Of a stretch of 32,000 bases of DNA, positions 18,256-26,853 are shown in pieces. The stretch lies in the NCBI RefSeq assembly GCF_001457615.1, contig NZ_LN831024.1, positions 4,140,001 to 4,172,000 on the forward strand. The letters are read 5' to 3'. The translations under genes were made by a program, and so were the position numbers. The DNA is from Pseudomonas aeruginosa. GTDB lineage: Bacteria > Pseudomonadota > Gammaproteobacteria > Pseudomonadales > Pseudomonadaceae. The notes beneath the pieces are model-generated. The model did not search any database. It was not told the origin of the DNA and saw nothing but the letters and a program-made list of their open reading frames with translations. Within the stretch, counting starts at the first letter, position 1; the number at the start of each line of letters is the position of its first letter.

Positions 18256-19554
18256 TCAGTTCTCCGCCAGCGCCACGTGGGCGCGGTCGAACAGGGGCTT
18301 GAACAGGTAATTGAGCAGCGAGCGCTCGCCGGTGCGGACGAACACCTGCACCGCCATCCCCGGGCGGATCTGCAGGCCCTTCAGCTTGCCCATCGCGGCC
18401 GCGTCGACCTGGGCGCGCAGCGCGTAGTAGGGCTGCTTGTTCTGCTCGTCGAGCAGGCGGTCGGCGCTGACCATGGTCACCTCGCCGGTGACCCGCGGGG
18501 TCTTGCTCTGGTTGAAGGCGGTGAACAGCATCTCCACCGGCAGCCCGCTGTGGATCCGGTCGACCAGGTTCACCGCGAGCTGGCCCTCCACTTCCAGGCT
18601 GTCGCTGTTGGGCACGATGTACATCAGCAATTCGCCGGGGCCGATCACCCCGCCATCGGTGAACACCTTCAAGCCGGCCACGTAGCCGCTGACCGGCGCG
18701 CGGATCTCGGCGTGCCGCAGCTCGTAGCGCGCCGAGGACAGCTCCTCCCAGAGCGTCCGCGCATTGACCTGGGTTTCCGCCAGTTGCCCGTTGACTTCCT
18801 TGCGGTACTCCTCCTCGCGTTGGGCGATGCGCATCTGCGCCTCGGCGATGCTCTGGCGGATCTGCCCGAAGCGACCGCTGCTCTCCGATAGCCGGGCGTT
18901 CACCTCGGCCAGTTGGCGCTCCTGTTCGAGCAACTGGTTGCGCGGCATGTAGCCTTCCTCGGCGAGGTCGCGCGCACCGCTCAACTGGCTGTTCAACAGG
19001 CGTTGTTGCAGGCGCTGGTTGCCCTCGGTCTGGCGCAACCCTTCGAGCTGGGCGCGCAGCCCCTCGATGTTCGCCCGCAATGCGGAGAGTTCGTTGGCCA
19101 GCGCGGTCTGGCGGCTGTGCAGCAACTGCCGCTGCAACTCCAGGCGCTCGCCGAGGGTCGGCAGCGGGGCCTGCTCGGCCAGCCCCGCGGGCATCTCCAG
19201 GGTCCGCCGGCCGTCGTATTCGGCCTGCAGGCGCGCCTGGTTGAGCCGCGCGTTGGCGTACCGGTTGAGCAGCGAATCGACGTTGGCCCGGGCCTGGGTC
19301 GGTTCCATGCGGATCAGCGGCTCGCCCGCCTCCACATGCTGGCCGTCGCGCACCAGGATGTGCTTGACCACCCCGCCCAGCGGATGCTGCACCGACTTGC
19401 GCTGGCCGGAGATGATCACCGTGGCCGGCACCGCCACGCCCTGGTCGAGCGGCGCGAAGGCGGCCCAGAGCAGCGCGCCGCCGAAGCCGAACAGGACCAG
19501 CAGCCAGCCCAGTCGCGCATAGGCGTTCTCGTCGCGTTTCACCGTGCGGGTCAT
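18256..19554 (-). CDS. aprE: Type I secretion membrane fusion protein AprE (HlyD family)
   Basis: 432 aa from [17 protein letters not shown]; HlyD family ([36 protein letters not shown]); start overlaps aprD stop (ATGA). Confidence 0.95.
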   Translation of the reverse strand: MTRTVKRDENAYARLGWLLVLFGFGGALLWAAFAPLDQGVAVPATVIISGQRKSVQHPLGGVVKHILVRDGQHVEAGEPLIRMEPTQARANVDSLLNRYANARLNQARLQAEYDGRRTLEMPAGLAEQAPLPTLGERLELQRQLLHSRQTALANELSALRANIEGLRAQLEGLRQTEGNQRLQQRLLNSQLSGARDLAEEGYMPRNQLLEQERQLAEVNARLSESSGRFGQIRQSIAEAQMRIAQREEEYRKEVNGQLAETQVNARTLWEELSSARYELRHAEIRAPVSGYVAGLKVFTDGGVIGPGELLMYIVPNSDSLEVEGQLAVNLVDRIHSGLPVEMLFTAFNQSKTPRVTGEVTMVSADRLLDEQNKQPYYALRAQVDAAAMGKLKGLQIRPGMAVQVFVRTGERSLLNYLFKPLFDRAHVALAEN

Positions 19555-21332
19555 TCCACACCTCCCTGGCGCGGCGCGGCCACCACCTGCGGCGCGCCGT
19601 AGCCGGCCACCCGGTAGTCCGCGCGCTGCTGCGACGCCGACGCGGCGCGCTGGTTGTTCAAGGCGGCGAGCACCTGGTCGCGCTCGCCGTACAGGTGCAA
19701 CTGGCCGGCGTTCAGCGCCAGCAGGCGGTCGGCGCAACCCAGCACGCCGGCCCGGTGGGTGATCAGCAGCACCGTGCAGCTACGCGCCTTGAGCGCCTGG
19801 ATCGCCGCCAGCAGCGCCTGCTCGCCGCTGTCGTCGAGGTTCGAGTTGGGTTCGTCGAGCACCACCAGGGTCGGCGCGCCGTACAGCGCCCGGGCCAGGG
19901 CGATGCGCTGGCGCTGGCCGCCGGAAAGCCCGGCGCCGCCGACGCCGAGCACGGTGTCGTAGCCCTGCGGCAGGCGCAGGACCAGTTCGTGGACCCCGGC
20001 CAGGCGCGCCGCCTCCACCACCTTGTCGGCCTGCACCTCGCCGAAGCGGGCGATGTTTTCCGCCACCGTGCCGGCGAACAGTTCGATGTCCTGCGGCAGG
20101 TAGCCGATGCGCGGGCCGAGGGTCTCGCGCTCGTACTGGCGGATCTCGGCGCCGTCCAGGCGCACGCTGCCGTGCAGGGTCGGCCAGATGCCCAGCACTA
20201 CCCGCGCCAGGCTCGACTTGCCGGAGCCGGACGGACCGATCACGCCGACCACCGAGCCGGCCGGGATCGCCAGGGTCAGGCCACGCAGGGTGCGCGCCTC
20301 GCTGCCGGGCGGCGCCGCGTCCAGCGATTCCAGCAGCAGGTGGCCACGCGGCTCGGGCAATTCCATGCGCCGCTCGCGGGCGGGGAATTCGTCGAGCAGG
20401 CCGCTCAGCCGGCGATAGGCATCGCGCGCCGCGCCCCACTGCTTCCACACGCCGATCAGTTGGTCGATAGGCCCCAGCGCACGGCCCATCAGGATCGAGC
20501 CGGCGATCATCATCCCCGGGGTGATGCGTCCCTCCACCGCCAGCCAGGCGCCGAGGCCGAGCACCAGGGATTGCAGGGCGATGCGCAGGTATTTGCTCAG
20601 CGCGTTGATCCGCGCCGCGCGCTCGCTGGCCAGGCTCTGCTGGTCGAGGAACGCCTGGTGCAGCCGTTCCCAGCGCCCGCGCATGCTGCCGAGCATGCCC
20701 ATCGCCTCGATCACCTCGGCGTTGCGCAGGCTGTTGCTGGCCAGTTGGCCGGACTTGATCGACAACTCGCCGGCCTTGGCCAGCGGCGCACGGGTGGCGC
20801 GTTCGTTGAACCAGGCCAGGGCCATCAGGGCCAGCGCGCCGACCAGCGAGAGCAGGCCGAGCCAGGGGTCGAAGAGGAAGATCACCAGCAGGTAGACCGG
20901 GAACCAGGGTGCGTCGAAGAAGGCGAACAGCGCCTGGCCGGTGATGAACTGGCGCAGGGTGGTCAGGTCGTGCAGCGCCTGGCTGGCCTCCTGGCCGCCG
21001 GCGCGCAGGTTGCGTTCGAAGGCGGCGGCGTAGATCCGCCCGTGCAACTGGCCGTCGAAGCGTTCGCTGACCCGCACCAGGACGAAGCTGCGCAGCGCCT
21101 CCAGCGCGCCCATGAAGACGAACACACCGAGCGCCATCAGGGTCAGCATCAACAGGGTGACTTCGTTGGCCGAGGACAGCACGCGGTCGTACACCTGCAG
21201 CATGTACAGCGAGGGCACCAGCATCAGCAGGTTGATCACCCCGGAGAACGCCGCCACGCTGCGCAACGCGCCGCGGCTGGCCGCCAGGGCCTGTTTGATT
21301 TCGTTGGTAACGCTGGAACCGAGCCTTGCCAT
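19551..21332 (-). CDS. aprD: Type I secretion ATP-binding permease AprD
   Basis: 593 aa; N-terminal TM region, Walker [11 protein letters not shown], signature [15 protein letters not shown], Walker [14 protein letters not shown]. Confidence 0.96.
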   Translation of the reverse strand: MARLGSSVTNEIKQALAASRGALRSVAAFSGVINLLMLVPSLYMLQVYDRVLSSANEVTLLMLTLMALGVFVFMGALEALRSFVLVRVSERFDGQLHGRIYAAAFERNLRAGGQEASQALHDLTTLRQFITGQALFAFFDAPWFPVYLLVIFLFDPWLGLLSLVGALALMALAWFNERATRAPLAKAGELSIKSGQLASNSLRNAEVIEAMGMLGSMRGRWERLHQAFLDQQSLASERAARINALSKYLRIALQSLVLGLGAWLAVEGRITPGMMIAGSILMGRALGPIDQLIGVWKQWGAARDAYRRLSGLLDEFPARERRMELPEPRGHLLLESLDAAPPGSEARTLRGLTLAIPAGSVVGVIGPSGSGKSSLARVVLGIWPTLHGSVRLDGAEIRQYERETLGPRIGYLPQDIELFAGTVAENIARFGEVQADKVVEAARLAGVHELVLRLPQGYDTVLGVGGAGLSGGQRQRIALARALYGAPTLVVLDEPNSNLDDSGEQALLAAIQALKARSCTVLLITHRAGVLGCADRLLALNAGQLHLYGERDQVLAALNNQRAASASQQRADYRVAGYGAPQVVAAPRQGGVE

Positions 21333-21418
21333 CGAGCGCGCTCACTTCTGCCACGACTGCCGCTGGAATCCCGAATGAGCCCGGATGGCACCTCCCTGTG
21401 CCGGGCGTTCCCTCGCCG

Positions 21419-22663
21419 TCAGGCGGCCAGGGCCTGATGCTCCGGCGCCGGGTCGGCGCCGATCAGCTGGATTGTCGGCGGCGCCGCTTCGCCGCCGTGG
21501 CCGAGCAGCGCCGCGAGCACCTTGCCGGCCCCGTCCAGTGCGCTGTGCGCGGTATCCCCGGCGATACCGGCGACGATCGACAGGTCATTGTCGAGGTCAT
21601 GCACCAGCTCGATCTGGCCCTTCGGCCCGACCCCGGCGACATCGACACCGGCAATCGTTTGCGCATACAGCTTGCTGTCGAAGTGCAGGTCCAACGTCGG
21701 CAGCGAGACACCGATGTCCTTGACCACCGGCACGTAGCCGAGGATGCCGCCGACGATGGGCAGGTCCTTGAGGGTCACCTCGTTCCAGCTCAGCAGCTTG
21801 ACCTCGTTGTAGCTACCCAGCTCCAGGGTGCCGCCGAGATTGGCCACGCCGAGGTTGTAGCTGGGTCCGGCGATACCGTAGAACTTGGCGCTGAAGCCTT
21901 CCTTGTCGACCGAGCCGACCACTCCCAGGCCGCCGAGGTTGAGCGGCGCCAGCACCGGCACCAGCGGCGCGGTGATCGGATTCAGCGCCAGGGCTGCGGT
22001 GACCAGCGGAGTCAGCGGCGTCTCGCCGCCGAAGGTCAGGCCTTGCTCGGTGAAGGAGACGTTGATCGGCAGCGGACCGAGGATGCCGCGGCTATCGGGA
22101 ATCACGCCCTGGTCGTGATTGCCGCCGAGCAGCGAGCCGATCACATTGACCCCGAGCAGGCCGTCGCTATTGCCGAGGCTTAGCGAGCCACCCTGGTAGG
22201 CGGCGTGGTAGAGATCGTTGGCGGCCTTCAGGCTGTCGCTGCCGAATTCCCAGGCATGGCCGACGGTGGCACCGACGCCCTGCCCCAGGTCACCGACCAG
22301 CTTCAGGTAATCCTCCGGCTCGACGCGCCCGTGCAACAAGTCGTCGGCGATCGCCAGCGAGTTGCCGGCCAGCCCGCCCAGCGTGCCGACCGCGGAGCCT
22401 ACGGTGTCGAGGGCGTCGCCGGCGATCTCGCCGAGCGTGCCGGCCACCGCGCCGACCGTACCCTCCAGCGCCTGCTCCACGCTGGCAACGGCGTCATGCA
22501 CCGATGTAAGCGCTTCGTGCACCTGCTGCTCCACGGCGTCGACGGTGGAGCCCACCAATGTCCTGGCCACGTCCGCCACCGCCGTGACGGCGGTGGCGGC
22601 CACCTGCGTCGCGCGCTCGTAGACCTGGCCGAACAGGTTCGCGGCTGCATTGAATAATCCCAT
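21419..22663 (-). CDS. aprX: AprX, type I secreted protein of unknown function
   Basis: 414 aa MGLFNAAANLFGQVYERATQVAATAVTAVADVART...; first gene of aprXDEF. Confidence 0.93.
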   Translation of the reverse strand: MGLFNAAANLFGQVYERATQVAATAVTAVADVARTLVGSTVDAVEQQVHEALTSVHDAVASVEQALEGTVGAVAGTLGEIAGDALDTVGSAVGTLGGLAGNSLAIADDLLHGRVEPEDYLKLVGDLGQGVGATVGHAWEFGSDSLKAANDLYHAAYQGGSLSLGNSDGLLGVNVIGSLLGGNHDQGVIPDSRGILGPLPINVSFTEQGLTFGGETPLTPLVTAALALNPITAPLVPVLAPLNLGGLGVVGSVDKEGFSAKFYGIAGPSYNLGVANLGGTLELGSYNEVKLLSWNEVTLKDLPIVGGILGYVPVVKDIGVSLPTLDLHFDSKLYAQTIAGVDVAGVGPKGQIELVHDLDNDLSIVAGIAGDTAHSALDGAGKVLAALLGHGGEAAPPTIQLIGADPAPEHQALAA

Positions 22664-22983
22664 CTTCTGTTCCTCGATTGAGTTGTCTCGGTTATCGCGT
22701 TTCCGGCGCAGGTCGCTGTTTACCGACCGAACCGGTCACGCGGTTAAGCGCAGTCAGTGAGTTCCGCGAGAAAACGGAACGCGGGTACCTGAAAGTTCAT
22801 CAGGCCTGGCGACAACTTGTTTTTATTGGAAGACAGGAGCCCCCCGAGGGCGAAACCCATTTAATCCCGAGCAGCCCGCAACAGAGCGCTCTCCACCGCT
22901 TCGCCTGTTAAGTAGGACTAACATGGGAAAGGCGAATTTGTACCACCACTTAAATCAGTTCAATACTTTGGTTGGGCATACCG

Positions 22984-23003
22984 ACCTGTCAGTTCTGCCA
23001 GGT
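22984..23003. promoter_or_regulatory. Candidate las/rhl (LuxR-type) quorum-sensing box upstream of aprX
   Basis: ACCTGTCAGTTCTGCCAGGT: 20 bp, matches NNCT-N12-AGNN with ACCTG/CAGGT arms; 321 bp upstream of the aprX ATG. Confidence 0.65.
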
Positions 23004-23705
23004 GGATTTCCAAGCCCCTGATTCCTAAACGGATTATTGACGCTTTTAATTAATATCGAATGACGGACGGTCGCCCCGGCACGAACTCTGACGAAAATCA
23101 GAAATGAAGAAAGGGTTATATCCTTATGCACCAAAGTGCCGAGCCGCCCTCGCGGCGTGCCCAACTAGCGTGCAACTTCGGCAGCGCCCTCTTCGAAGAA
23201 GCGAATGACACTTTTGCGTGGCTCATAAGGAACACTCTTATTGCGTGAAGCACATCACAAAATATTGAATCGAACAGTCCGGGCGGATTGTTTTCTCCTG
23301 GTAAACGATGATTAACGGCGCGCTCCCAACGCCGGGTTATTTCCATGAATCGCTTCAGCCAACGCCTTGCCTGCCGATAGCCTCTGCCGTCACCCGTTCC
23401 CGCCCTTGCTCCCCGCCTTGCCTGCCCCTATCCTGCGCCCGTCACGGCCAAATCCGTGACCGGGTTTGACAGCCCGAAGAGACGGCGCGATGCGCCGAGC
23501 GGTGCATGCGAAAGCAGCGAATGCTTTTGCAGGCATCGGCTCGACCGCAGTTTTCCAACTGCGGGCCTTCATGGCGGATCGCGTGGGGAGACCCTCGTGG
23601 TCTGCCGGTTCCGTTTCCCGGTCTGTCAACCCTGCGCGATCCTGCCTCCATCGATTGACAGCGAAGGCGGCAGGTCATGTGACTCTCAGAAACGGAGTAC
23701 CCAGC

Positions 23706-24020
23706 ATGACGAAGGATGAAAAGGAAAAGACCCACGTCGACGCAATCATCGAACGCTACAAGGACCTGATGGTCGAGATTCCCCCCGCCGACCAGCAACC
23801 CGGTCTCTCCCTGCTCTGGCCGGTTCCCGCCCAGCCCGCCATCGACAAGGGCGTCCGCCAGGCCGAGAACTGGCTTGCCGACCAGATCGAAGGCCAGCTC
23901 TGGACCGCCTTCGCCTTCGGCCGCGACAGCCTGCCCACACCGATGCAGAAGACCGCCTTCGAAGTGGCCTTCCTGACGCGCCTGCAGCAGCGCCTGGTAG
24001 CCGCTCGACGTTCCGGTTGA
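23706..24020 (+). CDS. Small uncharacterised protein (104 aa)
   Basis: ORF MTKDEKEKTHVDAIIERYKDLMVEIPPADQQPGLSLLWPVPAQPAIDKGVRQAENWLADQIEGQLWTAFAFGRDSLPTPMQKTAFEVAFLTRLQQRLVAARRSG; plausible amphipathic composition; longer in-frame start at 23466 is less likely. Confidence 0.6.
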   Translation: MTKDEKEKTHVDAIIERYKDLMVEIPPADQQPGLSLLWPVPAQPAIDKGVRQAENWLADQIEGQLWTAFAFGRDSLPTPMQKTAFEVAFLTRLQQRLVAARRSG

Positions 24021-24254
24021 CCCGGCCATGGCGAATGACGCCGGTGGCGTCGTTCGCCCCTACGCCAAGTCTCCATCGCGGTCTCGGGCACCGCGTACGA
24101 AATCATCGCCAGACTCCGCCTGGCAACGCACCGAGCGTCTGGAGCGCCCCGGTGCGCCATCCCCCCAGCCGGATTGAACGCAAGCGCACCCACCGCCCTC
24201 CTATATTCCATACGACCCACCACCTCAACCGGAACCGAGCAAGACTCCGCAGAC

Positions 24255-26831
24255 ATGGCACAGCCTTTCACCATCGAACCGGACCCGAACACCCTCGACC
24301 ATCCACCGGCCTTCCTGGCCAACGGAGGAGCGGTCGGGAAACTGTTGCTCAGCCTCGACGCGGCCAGTTCGCCCCTCGGCCCGCCGGACGCCTGGTCGGC
24401 GAGCCTGAAGACGACGATGGCCACGCTGCTGCCGGCCAAGGCGCAGATCGTGCTGTTCTGGGGCGCGGAATTCGTCGCCCTGTACAACGATGCCTACGCG
24501 CCGAGCATCGGCGACAAGCATCCGCGCGCCCTCGGCCGGCCGGCGATAGAGAACTGGCGGGAGCTGTGGGATGACCTCGAACCGCTGCTGCGCGGGGTGT
24601 ACGAGACCGGCGAGACCTTCGCGGCAAAGGATCGGCCCTTCTACATCGAACGCCATGGACGCGGCGAGACGGTCTATTTCGACGTGTCCTATTCGGCGGT
24701 GCGGGAAACCGACGGTTCCGTCGGCGGCGTGCTGTGCATCGTCACCGAGACCACCGAGCGGGTGCGTTTCGAACGCCGCCAGGCGTTCCTCCTGGAACTG
24801 GGCCAGACCCTGCCGTCCCTGGCCGATCCCCTGGAAATCGAAGCCACCGCCCTGCGCCGGCTCGGCGAGGAGCTGGGCGCGTCGCGGATATTCTTCGGCG
24901 AGGACAACGGCGACGGCATGACCTTCCAGGTCCATCGCGACTATCTCCACGACGGCCGCTCGGCGGTCGGTCGGCATCGCTACCTGGCGTTCGGCGCCAC
25001 CCTGTCCGGCGAACTGCATGCCGGACGCAGCGTGGCGCGGGAAGACCTCGCCGGGGAGCGCGGCATGAGTCTCGACGAGGCGGCGAGCCGCGCGCGCCTG
25101 GGGCTGGGCGCCACGCTGCACGTCCCGGTGCTGCGCCACGGCCGGCTGGAGGCGCTGCTGGCGATCCACTTCGCCCATCCGCAGGCCCTCGGCGAAGATT
25201 CGCGCCGCCTGGCGGAGGAAGCCGCCAAGCTGGCCTGGACCTCGCTCACCCATGCCCGCGCGGAGCTGGCGCTGCGCACCAGTTCCGCGCAACTGGCGGC
25301 GATGTTCGACCAGGCCAGCGCGGGCATCGCGGTATGCGACCGGAACTGGCGCTTCACCCGGGTCAACGATCGCTACTGCGAGATCGCCGGCCGTTCGCGC
25401 GAGACCCTGCTCGGCCTGCGCATGCAGGACATCCTCGACCCCGCCGACTTCGCCCTCCCCGCGGCGCCAGGCGGAGCGACCGGCGCGGCGTTCGAGATGA
25501 GCGGCCGCTACGTTCGCCCCGACGGCGATACGGTGTGGGTGCAGAACCAGGTCACGCCGCTGGTGGACGAGCAGCATGCCGCCAGCGGCCTGCTCTGCGT
25601 GTGCATGGACATCAGCGCGCGGGTACGCGCCGAGAACGAGCTGCGCGAACTCAACGAAAGCCTGGAAGAACGTGTCGCGACCATGCTCGCCCAGCGCGAA
25701 AGCGCCCTGGCGCAGCTTCACGAGGCACGCAAGATGGAGATGGTCGGCCAGTTGACCGGCGGCATCGCCCATGACTTCAACAACCTGCTGACGCCGATCA
25801 TGGCCTCGCTGGAACTGATCCGCCGGCGGCTCGACGACGCCCGCTCCACCGACCTCATCGACGGCGCGCTACAGTCCGCCGAACGGGCGCGGAACCTCGT
25901 CGGTCGCCTGCTCACCTTCGCCCGCCGGCAAACCCTCAAGCCGCAGGCGGTGGCCCTGCGCGAGCTGGTCGAAGGCATGCACGACCTGATCGAGCGCTCG
26001 CTCGGCCCGACCATCGAGGTCCGCATCGAGATCCCGGAACGCCTGCCTGCGGTGGTGGTGGATCCGCACCAGTTCGAACTGGCCATCCTCAACCTCGCGG
26101 TGAACGCCCGCGACGCCATGGGCGAAGGCGGCCGCCTGGAAATAGGCGCGCGGACCGACCTGGTGATCGACGGCGCGGTGGACGGTCTCGGCGCCGGCCG
26201 CTACGTGTGCCTGGAAGTCGCCGACAACGGCGGAGGCATGCCCGCCGAGGTGCTGGCCCGCTGCATGGAGCCGTTCTTTTCCACCAAGGGCGTGGGCAAG
26301 GGCACCGGCCTCGGCCTGTCGATGGTCCAGGGCCTGGTCGCCCAGTCCGGCGGCGGCCTGGGGATCCACTCGGAGATCGGCAAGGGGACCCGGGTGAGCA
26401 TCTGGCTGCCGATCACCGCGGAGCAGACGCAATCCACCGCAGAAAGCTGCCCGGACGCACCGGAAGCGTTGCGGCCGACCCACGTGCTGCTGGTCGACGA
26501 CGACAGGATGGTGCGCTACACCACCGCGCTGCTGCTCGGCGATCTCGGCTACCAGGTCAGCGAGGCGGCGTCGGCGGAGGAAGCCCTGGGCGAGGTCGAG
26601 CGCGGCCTGGCGCCCGACCTGCTGGTCACCGACCATCTCATGGCCGACAAGACCGGCGTGCAGCTTGCCGAGGAACTGCGCCAGCGCTTCCCACAATTGC
26701 CGGTGCTGGTCATCACCGGCTACGCCAACCTCAGGCCCGAGCAACTCAACGGCTTCGAGGTGTTGACCAAGCCGTTCCGCCACAACGAACTCGCCGAACG
26801 CCTCGCCCGGCTGCTGGAAGCCTCGCCGTGA
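24255..26831 (+). CDS. Hybrid sensor histidine kinase / response regulator
   Basis: GAF- and PAS-like N-terminal sensory regions; HisKA motif GQLTGGIAHDFNNLLTPIMASLE, HATPase VNARDAMGEGG / DNGGGMPAEV / GKGTGLGLSMVQG, C-terminal receiver HVLLVDDDRMVRYTTALLLGDLGY...DLLVTDHLMADKTG (alternative start 24174). Confidence 0.92.
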   Translation: MAQPFTIEPDPNTLDHPPAFLANGGAVGKLLLSLDAASSPLGPPDAWSASLKTTMATLLPAKAQIVLFWGAEFVALYNDAYAPSIGDKHPRALGRPAIENWRELWDDLEPLLRGVYETGETFAAKDRPFYIERHGRGETVYFDVSYSAVRETDGSVGGVLCIVTETTERVRFERRQAFLLELGQTLPSLADPLEIEATALRRLGEELGASRIFFGEDNGDGMTFQVHRDYLHDGRSAVGRHRYLAFGATLSGELHAGRSVAREDLAGERGMSLDEAASRARLGLGATLHVPVLRHGRLEALLAIHFAHPQALGEDSRRLAEEAAKLAWTSLTHARAELALRTSSAQLAAMFDQASAGIAVCDRNWRFTRVNDRYCEIAGRSRETLLGLRMQDILDPADFALPAAPGGATGAAFEMSGRYVRPDGDTVWVQNQVTPLVDEQHAASGLLCVCMDISARVRAENELRELNESLEERVATMLAQRESALAQLHEARKMEMVGQLTGGIAHDFNNLLTPIMASLELIRRRLDDARSTDLIDGALQSAERARNLVGRLLTFARRQTLKPQAVALRELVEGMHDLIERSLGPTIEVRIEIPERLPAVVVDPHQFELAILNLAVNARDAMGEGGRLEIGARTDLVIDGAVDGLGAGRYVCLEVADNGGGMPAEVLARCMEPFFSTKGVGKGTGLGLSMVQGLVAQSGGGLGIHSEIGKGTRVSIWLPITAEQTQSTAESCPDAPEALRPTHVLLVDDDRMVRYTTALLLGDLGYQVSEAASAEEALGEVERGLAPDLLVTDHLMADKTGVQLAEELRQRFPQLPVLVITGYANLRPEQLNGFEVLTKPFRHNELAERLARLLEASP

Positions 26832-26853
26832 GGCCCCGGGCCGGCGGAACGCC

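Noticed and set aside
16723-18891. 722-aa plus-strand ORF antisense to aprF/aprE
   Set aside because: Antisense shadow ORF typical of high-GC DNA, with no recognisable domain and biased Q/R/A/V composition.
16688-19561. 957-aa minus-strand ORF overlapping aprF/aprE
   Set aside because: It is an out-of-frame reading of aprF and aprE, whose own frames carry clear TolC/HlyD homology.
19780-21354. 524-aa minus and 580-aa plus ORFs over aprD
   Set aside because: Both are shadows of aprD, which has intact ABC motifs in its own frame.
22955-23346. Small minus-strand ORFs (69 and 76 aa) in the aprX upstream gap
   Set aside because: No ribosome-binding support, no familiar motifs, and codon usage lacking the strong GC3 bias of real genes here. 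Not reported as CDS.
24092-24103. CGTACGAAAT resembling the TCGTATACGAAAT motif
   Set aside because: Lacks the central TATA of the palindrome and has no pathway link. Treated as a chance match.
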